Made by a program: the position numbers and the translations under genes. The notes under the pieces were generated by a model. The model was not told the DNA's origin and did no database searches. It saw only the letters and a program-made list of their open reading frames with translations. A stretch of DNA of 64,000 bases. It comes from Heterodontus francisci. Its lineage: Eukaryota. Numbering within the stretch: position 1 is the stretch's first letter; each line of letters starts with the position of its first letter. Below are positions 1 through 13,015 of this stretch, piece by piece. Where the stretch lies: contig NC_090389.1 of the NCBI RefSeq assembly GCF_036365525.1, positions 81,866,179-81,930,178 on the forward strand. Reading direction: 5' to 3'.

Positions 1-228
1 GTCGAGTTGGGTCTGTATTCTGCGTCCAGCATTCGGGCTCGGGTCGGGTCAGTCTGGACTGTACTGTTTTGTTTCATATTGTTTTCGTTTTAATCTACAT
101 TTAATCTGTTTGTTATTTTCGAGTCAGGTCACTTAAAAAAAATTAAAGGACTCGGGCCCGGTTTGGGTTGGCTGTTGATGGGTTGGGCCCAGGTTGGGTT
201 TTAATTTTATACCCAAGCCAGGCTCTAC
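1..228. mobile_element. Possible end of a non-autonomous DNA transposon (hAT-like subterminal CGGGT repeats)
   Basis: Repeated cgggtc/gggtt motifs ending at ...gccaggctcta. The other end lies outside the window. Confidence 0.3.
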
Positions 229-583
229 TGAGGACAGATCTTTGGGGGAACACCAGAGGTAGCAGATTGGGAGCGATTGAATAATAGAAAAATCAGGGGT
301 GTGGTGATTTGGGACATGCTGACCTTTTCATCTGATGCTTTGATTGATGCTCCTGTTGAGAATGGCTGCACATTTGGAATGTACACAGGCTGAATTTATC
401 CTCCCATGAAAGGAAAATTGAATTTGACTTATTCATTCTCCTCAAGCCGGTGGACGTGATTATTAAAGTACAGCAACCCCTTACATATTACAGGAAAGGT
501 CAACTGGCATTCTATTTTGTCAGATAAAACTGGGACCATTCTAGCAATACCATAATTAACTTTTTTGTTGATTGCGTCTGCAG

Positions 584-633
584 GTTGTGTGTTCAGCATA
601 GGCTTCAAGAATTGCAGTTCGATATTATATCAG
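584..633 (+). CDS. HEMK1: HEMK1 internal coding exon (first in window), (R)LCVQHRLQELQFDIIS(D)
   Basis: Acceptor ttgcgtctgcag| and donor |gtatgt. The 50-nt exon ends in phase 1, giving G|AT=Asp with the next exon. The peptide resembles the segment I recall preceding the NPPY exon of vertebrate HEMK1 (RLRLQDRIWIIHLDMTS). Confidence 0.8.
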
Positions 634-944
634 GTATGTAAAAACGAGGGCACAGGAAGTTATCGTTTTAACTTTTTGTTTATCCAATTTAATTTTCTGT
701 CATCCAGGAAACACTCTGCTCCCTTATTTTCTAATAATAGGATTGATTGCCTGGAGAGCTTGGTCTATAGCATACTTTGCTGGGGAGTAGAAAATCCAGG
801 GAGACATCAGCTCTTAAAGAGCTGCAGCTCACCATCGAAGGACAGGTTATCGGAAGTACAGGGAGAGTTGACTAATTACTCGCAACTGTACAGCGGAAAT
901 GTGGGCTGCACTGCTACTTTTGATGCTGGTCGGGGTCCAAAAGT

Positions 945-2160
945 GCACATTAGTATTGAAAAACAGAGAAGTTATGTTAAACTTCTACAGAACTTTGGTT
1001 AGACCATGCTTGGAGTACTATGAGCATTTATGGTGTCCATATTACAAAAAGAATATAGACGCACTGGAGAAATTCAAAAAACATGTGCCAGGTTGATATC
1101 AGAACTGAGAGGTTACGGGCAGGAATTTTATTTTGGGGTCAAGACCCTGACATCAGGATCATTTCTGGGTCCCGACCCCCCCATGACGTGCACAGCCAGC
1201 ACGATTTTTGTTGGGTTGGCCAATTAATGGCCAGAGGGCCGCTTGTTGTCTACTTAAGGATGGTGGGTGGGCTCTCAAAGCTGGAGGGCCAATAAGATGC
1301 CCGCCAGCAGTGAGAAAGCTGCAGTCTGCTGTGCCGGTAAAGGAGAAAGAGTGTGGCCTAAGATGGAGGCACCCTGACTTTTAAAATCTTTGTGAATACA
1401 AATGGCCAAAGTTGCCGGACCACCTTTGTGGAGGGGGACTCCCTCTACAGTGAACTGAGGCGGCTTCCCAACGGCAGACTGGGGCCCTCTGCAAGGCAGC
1501 CTGCAGCCATTTGCAAGTCAGCTGCAGGGGGGGATCTTAGATAGTGAAATGGACACTGGAGCCATGGTCTGCCGTCGAGAAGCCACTTCCTTTCACTGGC
1601 TGTGTTTCGGTCACTGCTGGGGGTCTGCCTGCTGACTGGAAAATTCCACTTGGAGCGGGAGAGAGGGCCTTAATAGGCCCATAATAACCTCAACCTTAAA
1701 AATGTCTGAGAGGCGGGACTGTGCCGGCATGACAGTTGGGGACGGGAAATTCCAGGCCAGTCTGCTTCTGTTCCCTCCTCTGGTGGCTTCCAAAATTCTG
1801 TCCTATAACTATCAGGGAAAACTGAATAAGCTGGGGTTCTTTTCTCCAGCAAAGGGAAGGCCAGGCTTGGTCTAACAGAGGTCTTTAAAATTATTAAGGG
1901 TTTTGGTAAGGTAGACGTAGAGAAGATATTTCCACTTGTGAGGGAAGATCAAAATAGGGGCCATAAATTCAAGAATAGTTGTTAATAAATCCAATAAGGA
2001 ATTCGGGAGCAACTTCTTTACCCAGAGTATGGTTAGAATGTAGAACTCATGACCACATGGAGTGGTTGAGGCCAATAGCATAGATGCATTTATGGGGAAG
2101 CTAAATGACTACGTGAGGGAGAAAGGAAAAAAGGATATGCTGATAGTGTTAGAGACATTG
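945..2160 (+). mobile_element. Old CR1 LINE 3' fragment interrupted by a TIR element at 1117-1803
   Basis: Translates as YRTLVRPCLEY..LWCPYYKKNIDALEK before 1117; CR1-like sequence resumes at about 1804. Confidence 0.8.
1117..1803. mobile_element. Non-autonomous Harbinger-type TIR element (MITE-like)
   Basis: Termini gggcaggaatttt ... aaaattctgtcc; 3-nt flanks tac/tat. It cleanly interrupts a CR1 and is homologous to 30475-31205. Confidence 0.7.
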
Positions 2161-2764
2161 GTCACAGCGGCCTGTTCAAAATCATGTAAAACATTCAAAT
2201 GAGGGCCCATGCATGCCTGTGATGCAGCCACATATTTGACCTCACAATTAGGCAGGTAAGGTCCTGGCTAGCAGCATGCCTGCTCCTAGCAAAGCACTGC
2301 AATGTCAGCACAGGCTCAGAAACTCATGGGCTGTGGTGTAGAGTTCCCAGAGCCACCACTGTTGTGTGGGCATGCTGACTGTACAGCTCAGTTTCGCATT
2401 TGTTCATTTTGGAAATTCCCAGTACAGGCCTTCCCCACATTCTTGCACCTCCAGGATGTGTGATGTCAGTGGGTGCAGATGACAGATGCTGCAAATTAAG
2501 CAAATGCATGTTTCTGATGGCTTGGCCAGTATCAGGTTATTTTGCTTTGTGGTCGCCGGTTTGATTACAGATTCTTAGAAGCGACTATCAGCAGCATCAT
2601 CTTAGTGAGCCACTTTCACTTGTGCAGTCTTTCCCTGCCTTTGAAATTTTGTTAAATTATTTATGTTGAGCTGGGTCTGATGATATTTTGTTATTGTGGC
2701 TTCATGGAAAATCAAGGTGCTTATTTTTTCTAATCAGTTGATACACCTCTTAGTAAGAAAGAGA

Positions 2765-2945
2765 GCACTTGCATTTATATAGCGCATCTCATGACCTCAA
2801 GATGTATCAAAGCATTTTCCAGCCAAATATGTACTCTTGAAGTGTAGTCACTTGAAGCTGTAGTGTAGGAAAGGTGACAGCCAATTTGCACACAGCGAGC
2901 TCGCACAAACACCAATGTGATAATGACCAAATAGCCTGTTTTAGT
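2765..2945 (-). mobile_element. Deu-domain SINE 3' part (SacSINE1/AmnSINE1-like)
   Basis: ttgcatttatatagcgc...ttgaagtgtagtcac...gccaatttgcacacagc...tgtgataatgacc; recurs at 13680, 15780, 49928 and elsewhere. Confidence 0.7.
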
Positions 2946-3242
2946 AATGTTTGCTTTGTAATTTGTTTATATCAGGGTGAATGTTTAATGGCAAGGGCAA
3001 CAAAAATAAAGGGGATTTTGAGTAGCTGTGTATGGCCAGGTAATAGATAAATACGGCACATGTTTGAAGATAGGTCAAACAGGGAGCCTCAAGACAAAAA
3101 TGGGATACTTTCTAGATTACTTCTTAGCTGATTTCTCAAGTTGCAGAGAATACACATGGACAGTCTGATAGACTGTAGGTCATTTCATTAGCATTAATAT
3201 CTGTCTGAGGAAGGTACTCAGACAGATAGATATTAATGCTAA

Positions 3243-3881
3243 GTACCTTGCTCTACAGCAGCAAGGCCTGGACAACGTATGTCAGCCAAGAGCGACGTCT
3301 CAATTCATTCCATCTTCGCTGCCTCCAGAGAATCCTTGGCATCAGGTGGCAGGACCACATCTCCAACGCAGAAGTCCTTGAGGCGGCCAACATCCCCAGC
3401 ATATACACCCTACTGAGCCAGCGGCTCTTGAGATGACTTGGCCATCCCCATGGAAGATGGCAGGATCCCCAAGGACACATTGTACAGTGAGCCCGTCACT
3501 GGTATCAGACCCACCGGCGGTCCATGTCTCCGCTTTAAAGACATCTGCAAACGCGACATGAAGTCCTGTGACATTGATCACAAGTCGTGGGAGTCAGTTG
3601 CCAGTGATCGCCAGAGCTGGCGGACAGCCATAAAGGCGGGGCTAAAGAGTGGCGAGTCGAAGAGACTTAGCAGTTGGCAGGATAAAAGACAGAAGCGCAA
3701 GGGGAGAGCCAACTGTGTAACAGCCCTGACAACCAATTTTATCTGCAGCACCTGTGGAAGAGTCTGTCACTCTAGAATTGGCCTTTATAGCCACTCCAGG
3801 CGCTGCTTCACAAACCACTGACCACCTCCAGGCGCTTACCCATTGTCTCTCGAGACAAGGAGGCCAAAGAAAGCAAGAAAG
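3243..3881 (+). mobile_element. RTE-clade LINE, 5'-truncated
   Basis: STLLYSSKAWT...RIPKDTLY...CSTCGRVCHSRIGLYSHSRRC; short 3' UTR with an aag-rich tail. Candidate TSD aatatctgt(c/t)tg at 3196-3207 and 3882-3893. Confidence 0.9.
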
Positions 3882-4089
3882 AATATCTGTTTGTACGTTG
3901 TTCCTCATATTTTTGAACAATCTTCTGCCCCTACAGTCTCCCTGATAATTGTTTTGACAATGTTGCAATCTCATGTGAGCTGGGAAAGGTTAACCAGAAA
4001 ATATCTTTGACTTCCTCTTGGTCTTTTAAAGCAGTAAGTTTGATTGACAGCTATATCAGAATTGATTCAGGATGTGAGATAGACAGGAC

Positions 4090-6582
4090 AAAGAACAGTA
4101 CAGCCCAGGAACAGGCCATTCGGCCCTCCAAGCCTGCGCCGATCTTGATGCCTGCCTAAACTAAAACCTTCTGCACTTCCGGGGTCCGTATCCCTCTATT
4201 CCCATCCTATTCATGTATTTGTCAAGATGCCTCTTAAACGTCTCTATGGTACCTGCTTCCACCACCTCCCCCGGCAACAAGTTCCAGGCACTCACCACCC
4301 TCTGTGTAAAAAAACTTGCCTCGCACATCCCCTCTAAACTTTGCCCCTCTCACCTTAAACCTATGTCCCCTAGTAACTGACTCTTCCACCCTGGGAAACA
4401 GCTTCTGACTATCCACTCTGTCCATGCCGCTTATAACTTTGTAAACCTCTATCATGTCGCCCCACCACCTCCGTCGTTCCAGTGAAAAGAATCTGAGTTT
4501 ATCCAACCTCTCCTCATAGCTACTGCCCGCCAGACCAGGCAACATCCCGGTAAACCTCTTCTGTACCCTCTCCAAAGCCTCCACATCCTTCTGGTAGTGT
4601 GACCAGAATTGCACGCAATATTCTAAGTGTGGCCTAACTAAAGTTCTGTACAGCTGCATCATGACTTGCCTATTTTTATACTCTATGCCCCGACCGATGA
4701 AGGCAAGCATGCCGTATGCCTTCTTGACTACCTTATCCACCTGCGTTGCCACTTTCAGTGACCTGTGGACCTGTACGCCCAGATCTCTCTGCCTGTCAAT
4801 ACTCCTAAGGATTCTGCCATTTACTGTATACTTCCCACCTGCATTAGACCTTCCAAAATGCATTACCTCACATTTGTCCAAATTAAACTCCATCTGCCAT
4901 TTATCCGCCCAAGTCTCCAACCGATCTATATCCTGCTGTATCCTCTGACAATCCTCATTACTGTCCGCAACTCCACCAACCTTTGTGTCGTCCGCAAACT
5001 TACTAATCAGACCAGCTACATTTTCCTCCAAATCATTTATATATACTACAAAGAGCAAAGGTCCCAGCACTGATCCCTGTGGAACACCACTAGTCACATC
5101 CCTCCATTCAGAAAAGCTCCCTTCCACTGCTACCCTCTGTCTTCTATGACCGAGCCAGTTCTGTATCCATCTTGCCAGCTCCCCTCTGATCCCATGTGAC
5201 TTCACCTTTTGTATCAGTCTGCCATGAGGGACCTTGTCAAAGGCTTTACTGAAGTCCATATAGATAACATCCACTGCCCTTCCTTCATCATCTTTGTCAC
5301 TTCCTCAAAAAACTCAATCAAATTAGTGAGACACGACCTCCCCTTCACAAAACCATGCTGCCTCTCGCTAATAAGTCCATTTGTTTCCAAATGGGAGTAA
5401 ATCCTGTCCCGAAGAATCCTCTCTAATAATTTCCCTACCACTGACGTAAGGCTCACCGGCCTATAATTTCCTGAATTATCCTTGCTACCCTTCTTAAACA
5501 AAGGAACAACATTGGCTATTCTCCGGTCCTCTGGGACCTCACCTGTAGCCAATGAGGATGCAAAGATTTCTGTCAAGGCCCCAGCAATTTCTTCCCTTGC
5601 CTCCCTCAGTATTCTGGGGTAGATCCCATCAGGCCCTGGGGATTTATCTACCTTAATGCTTTGCAACACACCTAACACCTCCTCCTTTTTGATAATGAGA
5701 TGACTGAGACTATCTACACTCCCTTCCCTAGGCTCATCATCCACCAAGTCCTTCTCCTTGGTGAATACTGATGCAAAGTACTCATTTAGTACTTCGCCCA
5801 TTTCCTCTGGCTCCAAACATAGATTCCCTTCTCTGTCCTTGAGTGGGCCAACCCTTTCCCTGGTTACCCTCTCGCTCTTTATATACGTGTAAAAAGCCTT
5901 GGGATTTTCCTTAATCCTGTTTGCCAATGACTTCTCATAACCCCTTTTAGCCCTCCTGAGTCCTTGCTTAAGTTCCTTCCTACTGTCTTTATATTCCTCA
6001 AGGGATTTGTCTATTCCTAGCCTTCCAGCCCTTACGAATGCTTCCTTTTTCTTTTTGACGAGGCTCACAATATCCCGCGTTATCCAAGGTTCCCGAAACT
6101 TGCCAAACTTATCCTTCTTCCTCACAGGAACATGCTGGTCCTGGATTCTAATCAACTGACGTTTGAAAGACTCCCACATGTCAGATGTTGATTTACCCTC
6201 AAACAGCCGCCCCCAATCTAAATTCTTCAGTTCCTGCCTAATATTGTTATAATTAGCCTTCCCCCAATTTAGCACCTTCACCCGAGGACGACTCTTATCC
6301 TTATCCACAAGTACCTTAAAACTTATGAAATTATGGTCACTGTTCCCAAAATGCTCCCCTACTGAAACTTAGACCACCTGGCTGGGCTCATTCCCCAATA
6401 CCAGGTCCAGTACGGCCCCATCCCTAGTTGGACTATCTACGTATTGTTTCAAGAAGCCCTCCTGGATGCTCCTTACAAATTCTGCCCCATCCAAGCCCGT
6501 AGTCCTAAGTGAGTCCCAGTCAATATAGGGGAAGTTAAAATCACCCACCACTACAACCCTGTTACCTTTACATCTTTCCAAA
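4090..6582 (-). mobile_element. CR1 (HER1-like) LINE, 5'-truncated, disrupted ORF2 (end of endonuclease domain plus RT)
   Basis: ORF pieces 6590-6369 (VVVGDFNFP), 6308-5214 (KSPGPDG, NYRPVSLTS) and 5274-4234 (GVPQGSVLGP, FADD). Candidate TSD aggac. Confidence 0.95.
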
Positions 6583-6699
6583 AGGACCATATATTTTAGT
6601 TTGTTTGATGACTAGGAGTTATTGGGTTGTTCTTGAGAGTCAATCTATGAGGCTACCAAGGATAGGAAGTTAATCAGTGGCTTCCCAGTAAATACTTCA

Positions 6700-6925
6700 G
6701 GAGCAACTTCCTACCCAGAGAATGGTTAAAATGTGGAACTGGGTATCACATGGAGTAGTTGAGGCAAATTTAAGGGAAAGCTAGATAAATGCATGAGGGA
6801 GAAAGGAATAGAAGGATATGTTGATGGGGTTAGATGAAGAAGCGTAGGAGAAGGCTTGACTGGAGCATAAAAACTGGCATGAATCTGTTGGGCCAAATGG
6901 CCTGTTGCTGTGCTGTAAAAACTTT
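6700..6925 (+). mobile_element. Old CR1 3' end fragment
   Basis: Ends in gggccaaatggcctgttgctgtgctgtaa, the CR1 3' UTR stem-loop motif. Confidence 0.6.
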
Positions 6926-7434
6926 GTAATACTTTGTAATGTTAGCAATAGCCAAGTAAAATTTAAGTATGTTTCAGGGGTTAGTGCTATGTTAGCACAG
7001 GAGAATTTTTTTTCTAACAGTTCATGGAGATCAGTAAAGTTTTGATTACTGTAAATACACTTTGTACTGAGAATTGTACATTTACCTGTTTTATATTTTC
7101 AATAAATATGACAAAGAGGGCAATTTTGACCCTATTTGCCCAACAGAAATCAGGCACGTGTGTGGGTAGTTAAATTCGGTCGGATGACATACTCGCTAAT
7201 ATCCTGCACCTGCGGACCCCAGAGGAAATGTTTGGTCCAATCCAGCGTCAGGCTCCTTCCATTCCCTCCATCAAGACATTTGTGAAACCCCTTTGTTGCT
7301 GCCGCCCATTCTTTTGGTGCTGGCCGGCAGCCTCCAGCTGCCCAAAATTCCAAACCCGCCAACTTTGCTTCACACTGCCAAGACTAGGAGGGTTGGGTGC
7401 GCACTTCCCTCCTCCACCCCCAAGTTGTTCAAGT

Positions 7435-7695
7435 TTGGTCAAGGAGGTAGGCTTTAAGGAGTGTCTTAAAGGAGGAGTGAGTGACGGAGAGGCTTAGGAA
7501 GGATATTCCAGAGCTTAGGGTGAGTATACCAGAGCTTAGAGCCTAGACATTTGAAGGTGAAGCCACCAGTGGTGGCATGATTAATATCAGGATGCACATG
7601 AAGCCAGAATTAGAGGAGTGCAAAACTCTGAGGTTTATGGAGCTGGAGGAGATTATAGAGATAGGGACGGGCGAAGCCATGGAGTGATTTGAAAG
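7435..7695 (-). mobile_element. L2-clade LINE 3' fragment
   Basis: ggtcaaggaggtaggctttaaggag...gggatattccagagcttaggg; related pieces at 17620-18000, 20880-21170, 31210-31460 and 57820-57975. Confidence 0.55.
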
Positions 7696-8003
7696 CATTA
7701 TCATTAGAAATGGCATTTATTGCCCTTTAGAAGACCCTAAAATTTTATTTAAAGTGGAAAATGCAATGCTTCCATTTCACAATGTAACCTGTGTGTTATA
7801 ACTACTTAAACCTTCACCCCTGAGCAACTAAAAGCAATAACCTCAAGCATAGTCATGTTTCAGGTTGTAAATATCATGATAGGAACCGAAAAGTATGTAT
7901 TTATTGAATGCAAGTGCAGGCTAAACCTTCCTGCAAGAAAGTTATAAAATGTTTATTGGTGTGATGGGATGTACTTGTGTCCCTGATAGTTAGGACAATT
8001 TGA

Positions 8004-8168
8004 GGGGCAATTTTAACCTGACATCTGAATACTGATGGGATCAGGTCCAGCACAAGTTTTGCACCTGTCTGATTTTACTGACCATTGAAGTCAGGTGGTG
8101 TGTAAAATCACAGTTCCATCCGATTCCATGGGTTTTCCCCTCTGACAATTGAGGTTGAAATAGTCCCC
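8004..8168. mobile_element. Short MITE with about 16-bp TIRs
   Basis: Termini ggggcaattttaacct ... aggttgaaatagtcccc. Confidence 0.55.
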
Positions 8169-8998
8169 AATGTGTATAATGTAGGAGAAACCCTTGATAC
8201 TAACAACAGCCCTTTCACATCTGGGTTTAACAGTAATAATTTTTGGGTGTTACATTTTTGAGGATCTTACCCTAGATATTCACCTTGGGTTCCACACTAC
8301 TGGTCAATCCCGTAAGTGAATTTCATGTCCCTTATGAACAAGAGTCTGCCCTTACCTGCACCGTATATAGGTAAATATAACAAGACCCGGGGTGAAACAG
8401 AGAATTCTTTTCACTGTGTTCTGCCTTTCTAAAAAACAGTCCAACAATATTGGTTAACTGGCAGACCTCAACATTTAGCTTGAATATATTACACGCGGGT
8501 AACTACTAATCAAAATATTGTTTGCCATCCCACTTTCTTTTTTTGTACAATCTTGAATGAAATGGGATGGACTTGGTAACCCTAACGAAACAAACAGTTC
8601 AATTGAAGGGTTAATGACCTATTTGAGCACAGTTTGTTCAACCCTTTGTACTGGTTAAAAGGGCAGAATAACATTCCGAAAGGTTTCTCTGTTTTCTATC
8701 ATCCTTGGGTTAAATAAAAGCCAGTGAATATTTTAAAACGAAAATTAAACTTTTATTTTTTGTGAATTCGAGCCCCTTATAATGTAGGCAATACTTTGGA
8801 GAGAAGAGGTTGAGGAATATGATGTGAAGGTGAAGATGATCCATGAAAAATAATGGGCCTGTTGAATCCAATATCCTTTCCTTTTCCTAAAAATTCTGTG
8901 GTGTACTGTCGATCTTGTTTCTGGCTGCGATTATAGAATGTTGAGTACAGCAGATTGCAGGGCCACACCTGTCCTGAACCATAATTTGTACCACACAG

Positions 8999-9104
8999 AT
9001 TCCCGGAAGCTGGCTTGGATCTGTGGATCAGTGGATGTCATTATCAGTAACCCTCCATACGTGTTCCATGAAGATATGTCCAGGCTAATGCCAGAAATCC
9101 TCAG
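8999..9104 (+). CDS. HEMK1: HEMK1 coding exon with the NPPY catalytic motif, (D)SRKLAWICGSVDVIISNPPYVFHEDMSRLMPEIL(R)
   Basis: Acceptor acacag| and donor |gtaaat; 106 nt, phase 1 to phase 2. DVIISNPPY is the PrmC/HemK N5-glutamine methyltransferase motif. Confidence 0.95.
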
Positions 9105-9228
9105 GTAAATCGAACAGAACATATTCTCTGCACTTCCAATGAACCCCATGAATCCTGCATACCTTCCACGACTTCATAAAACATAGCAAGGGACAAGGGA
9201 CAGAGCTGGTTAATATACTGTTTTTACA

Positions 9229-9969
9229 GGCGGTATTTTATGCTGTCCCCATGGCGAGTTTGGAGGTGGGGAGGGGTGGGGGCACTGCCACCTTCCCACC
9301 TCCACCCTGATTAAGACAGTGGCGGGAAGACCCTTGGATGGCCTACCCCCCCACCCCCCGCCATGGATTGAGACCCTTAATGAGCAATTATTACCAAATT
9401 AAGGGCCTCTTCCTGCCGCCGCTGGTATTAATCCAGCGGCGGGCAGTCCTGTTGCTGCGTGAGGAGACAACATGCAAACCCGTGTGTGGTTGCTTGTGGT
9501 CTCGCGGTGGTCCCTCATTCAAAGGCACTCAGTGCCTGATTGAGACGCCCAGCATCGGGAAGGTGGGGGGGCCCACTGAGAGCCACACCCATGCTATTGC
9601 TGCTGACCGCCCCCCCCCCTCCCCCATACTCCCCTCCCTGTGAATCCCCACCCCGCAAAACCCTCCCACCATCGTTTACCTCTGGCTTGGGTCACTGCAC
9701 GATCCTAGGCCTCTGGTGGGTGCCATTCTGGTAGCAGCCGCTGCCTCCCTGGTGGCGCTGCCAAGTAAAAGAGCTGCTGGCCTCTGATTGGCCGCTCTAG
9801 GTGTGTGGGACTTGCTGCCCGTGGGGTCCTGATCGCAGGAAAAAACCCGCCAGTGGCCTCTTGAGTGCCTGATTGGCCTGTCATTCGGCAGATCTTCCTC
9901 AAAGGAGGCAACGCAGGTCTCCCGCTAGTTCTCCAGCCAAGACCCCCATTGCCTCCATAAAATTCCCCC
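9229..9969. mobile_element. Non-autonomous Harbinger-type TIR element
   Basis: Termini ggcggtattttatg ... cataaaattccccc. The GC-rich body is an inverted homologue of 59855-60599. Confidence 0.65.
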
Positions 9970-11207
9970 TGTACATCTCCTGTCTGGGTTCAAATTCAGC
10001 CGAGTATAATGGAGTAAGAGCTCCCCTGCTAGTTGACTGACTGTCCAGGTCTGTTGTAAATTCTAGATCTGTATGAGATATTTGCGCAGTTTCAACATCA
10101 TCGGACATACCCGTAAGCAGACCCCGCATCCCTAGCAAACAGGAGTTTACCTTTACTACTTAATGTCTAGTTATACAATAGTGTTCGCTTGGGTGGTGGG
10201 GGAGAGCTCACAATGAAGCCTGTCATAATCAAGATAAAGTTAGCCAGCATTTAAAAGTGCATGGATTAATCAAGGGCAGTCAGTGCAAATTTGTTAAAGG
10301 GAAGGTGTTTTCGAAAAATGTAAGAGTTACTTGAAGAATTGATCATTCAGGTATATAAAGGGGATGAAATAGATGTGTATATAGATTTTAGGAAAGCGAT
10401 CGAGAAGGTGTCTTACAAGACACTTGTTTAAAAAATGCAAATTTATGCAGGTGGTGTTGAGGTACAACATTGGCCGTAATCATATTGAATGGTAGAGCAG
10501 GCTCGAAGGGCCAAATGGCCTACTCGTGCTCCACTTCCTCATATATTGTAGGATCATAAGAATGTGTAGCAGCCTGGAGGGAAGAGAGGAAGGAAAGATT
10601 TATGATGAATAGATGCTCTTCAGACTGGAGAAACATTGCAGCTGATATACTTCAGGGTCAGTGCTGGGTTCATTTTTGTATACTCCGTATATAGAGCTAA
10701 TTTGGGCTTGGATGGAAGGAACACACTCAAAATTTTTTAACAACACTATCATGTAATTTGTTGACAACATAAAAGTAGGATGCTTGGTTAAAAGCAGCTT
10801 TGACAAATAACCTTTGCAACGGTTTGAACAAAAAAGATTTTAGGGGATTCAGATGGTGTGCTTAGATTACTATAAACAAATGGGATGCTAACCACACAAG
10901 ATGGTGTTATGTACTCAGAAAATTTAGGCTATTGAGCAGAAGCTTGACATCTCAAAAGGGAGGGAGGAAAATCATTGTTATTTCCCCAGGGCTACTTGTG
11001 CTCATCTCCTGCCAGCCATTTGTGGCTGCTGAGCCTCTAGAGTCCAATGAACAGATTATTCTATCAATCAAGGATTCCTGCGTAGCAGCAGGCATCTGAG
11101 AAAGTCAAGGAGAAAAGTAGCATGGTGCCATTCACAACAAGAAAAGAGGGAATCATAGGGGAAAAATCCAGAATTTTTTGAAAGCTTCTTCACCTGAATT
11201 CCTCCAG

Positions 11208-11303
11208 GTATGAAGACCATGATGCACTAGATGGTGGAGCAGATGGATTAGACGTCATCAGAGCTATCCTGCAGCTTGCGCCCACTGTTCTTAAGGATCA
11301 TGG
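11208..11303 (+). CDS. HEMK1: HEMK1 coding exon, (R)[31 protein letters not shown](G)
   Basis: Acceptor ttcctccag| and donor |gtaagt; 96 nt, phase 2-2. Carries the HemK-family YE..ALDGG.DG motif. Confidence 0.95.
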
Positions 11304-12849
11304 GTAAGTGTGGATTACTATTTTACATTCCAGCATGGATGTAGTGGCATAAAACTGTTGCTTATATTATTTATTTATTGGAGCTACCAACCATTGGTAC
11401 ATGTATAGGATGCACTCACTACAGTTACATCAACAGCACCTCCCTCCCCTGAAACTTCTACCACTGACCAGGACAGGAGCAGCAATGTCATTGGCAACAC
11501 CGTCACCTCCAAGTTCCCCTCCGTGCCATCCTGACTTGGACATATATCCAGGATATTGATCCAGCAACAGTGAAGGAATGGTGATATATGTGCAAGTCAG
11601 GATGGTGTATGACTTGGAGGTGATAGTGTTCCCATGACCTTGTTACAGGGTATTACAAAAGTATTGTTATTTTCACATCCTAATCTCACTATTACTTTGT
11701 AGAGATTAAAAAAGTATCATTACAAGGAGCATAAAATGTCCTGACTGAGAAAAGCTATGTTTCGTTGAGTGTAGAACTATTAAGGTGCATGCAGCAACCA
11801 GACACATACAAACAGGCATTTTGAAACAGCACTTAAGTGGCCTTGACAGATCAAGATGAATTCCTTCAGTTTACCTTAGCCAACATCTCTGAAATCATCG
11901 TGGTCTCCTGCATGCTCCACATATTTGCCATCCTGAGAGGCATTAGCAACCCCTGGAATTTGCCCAAAAGGTGAAAATTAGGCTGACCGCCAGTCATAGG
12001 AGTGGTGTTGGCGCACTATCGGGCACTTACTAATACTGTACCGCCCAACATCTGTGTCTGAACACAGGGCCCCAGGCAAAAATCGGGGCCAATAATATTT
12101 CAGAGGGTAAAGGTAATTTTGCCTTTTTCCCCATACTGGATTTCCCTGTAACAGCTATCAACTCAGGAAATGTAATTATTATCACAAAGTAAAGTTGTAA
12201 TCTATTTAAATACATGGAGCAATGTTGACTTTTAAGAGTAACTCACTTCAAAATACATTATACGTTCAAACCAAATTGAGTGTCACTCCAGCTAAGAGAA
12301 CCTGGTTTACCAGCCCCTGCTCAGTAAGCACTCGGTTCTAGCTCCTTAAAGGCAGCCATGCTGAAAAGACTTGCTTGAGAGCAGTTTAAGGTATCTTTTA
12401 AAGTAAAAACAGAAACTTGTGGAAATACAGTTATTTTTCAATTAGAATCTGTAAAGGCTAATATTTTGGTGCAGGCCCTTCCTCAGAATAGTTCTTGTGA
12501 AAGGATCTGCGTCCAAATCCTTAATCTATCCTCATATAGACTTACATAGAATTAAAGCACAGAAACATACCATGATGCTGGTGTTTATGCTCCAAACATT
12601 TCCTACATTACTACTTGTGGTTATGAAAGGCACTATATAAATGCAAGTCTTTTTTTTCTTTTCTTTATCACACAGGCCTCGTCCTACTCTCGTTTCTTAA
12701 TCTACCTCAATAGAACATAAGGTTCTATTCCTTTCTCCCTCATCTACTTACCTAGTTTCCCCTAAGCACATCAATGCTATTTGACTCAATCACTCCACAT
12801 GGTAGTGAGTTCCCCGTTCTTACCACTCTTTGAGTGCATTTTTTCTGTA

Positions 12850-13015
12850 CAAATATAAAATGAATACAGAAAGTGCTGGAAACATTTAGCAGGTCAGGCA
12901 GCGTCAGGGGAGAGAGAAATAGAGTTAACACTTTCATGTCGTTGTCCTTTCATCAGAACCTATCCTTACTTCCATTCTTATTTCAGTTTCCAGCATTTGC
13001 TGCTTTTCCTTTTTA
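12850..13015. mobile_element. Tiny old Penelope-like remnant: two element 3' ends in inverted orientation, with a degenerate hammerhead
   Basis: The minus strand reads ggttCTGATGAaaggacaacgacatGAAAgtgttaactct...ccagcac; the plus strand carries tttccagcatttgctgcttttc. Both match the PLE terminus at 36573-36710. Confidence 0.65.

Noticed and set aside
565-1002. 145-aa ORF overlapping the first HEMK1 exon
   Set aside because: It is in a different frame from the spliced exon, runs through intron and CR1 sequence, and has no recognisable domain.
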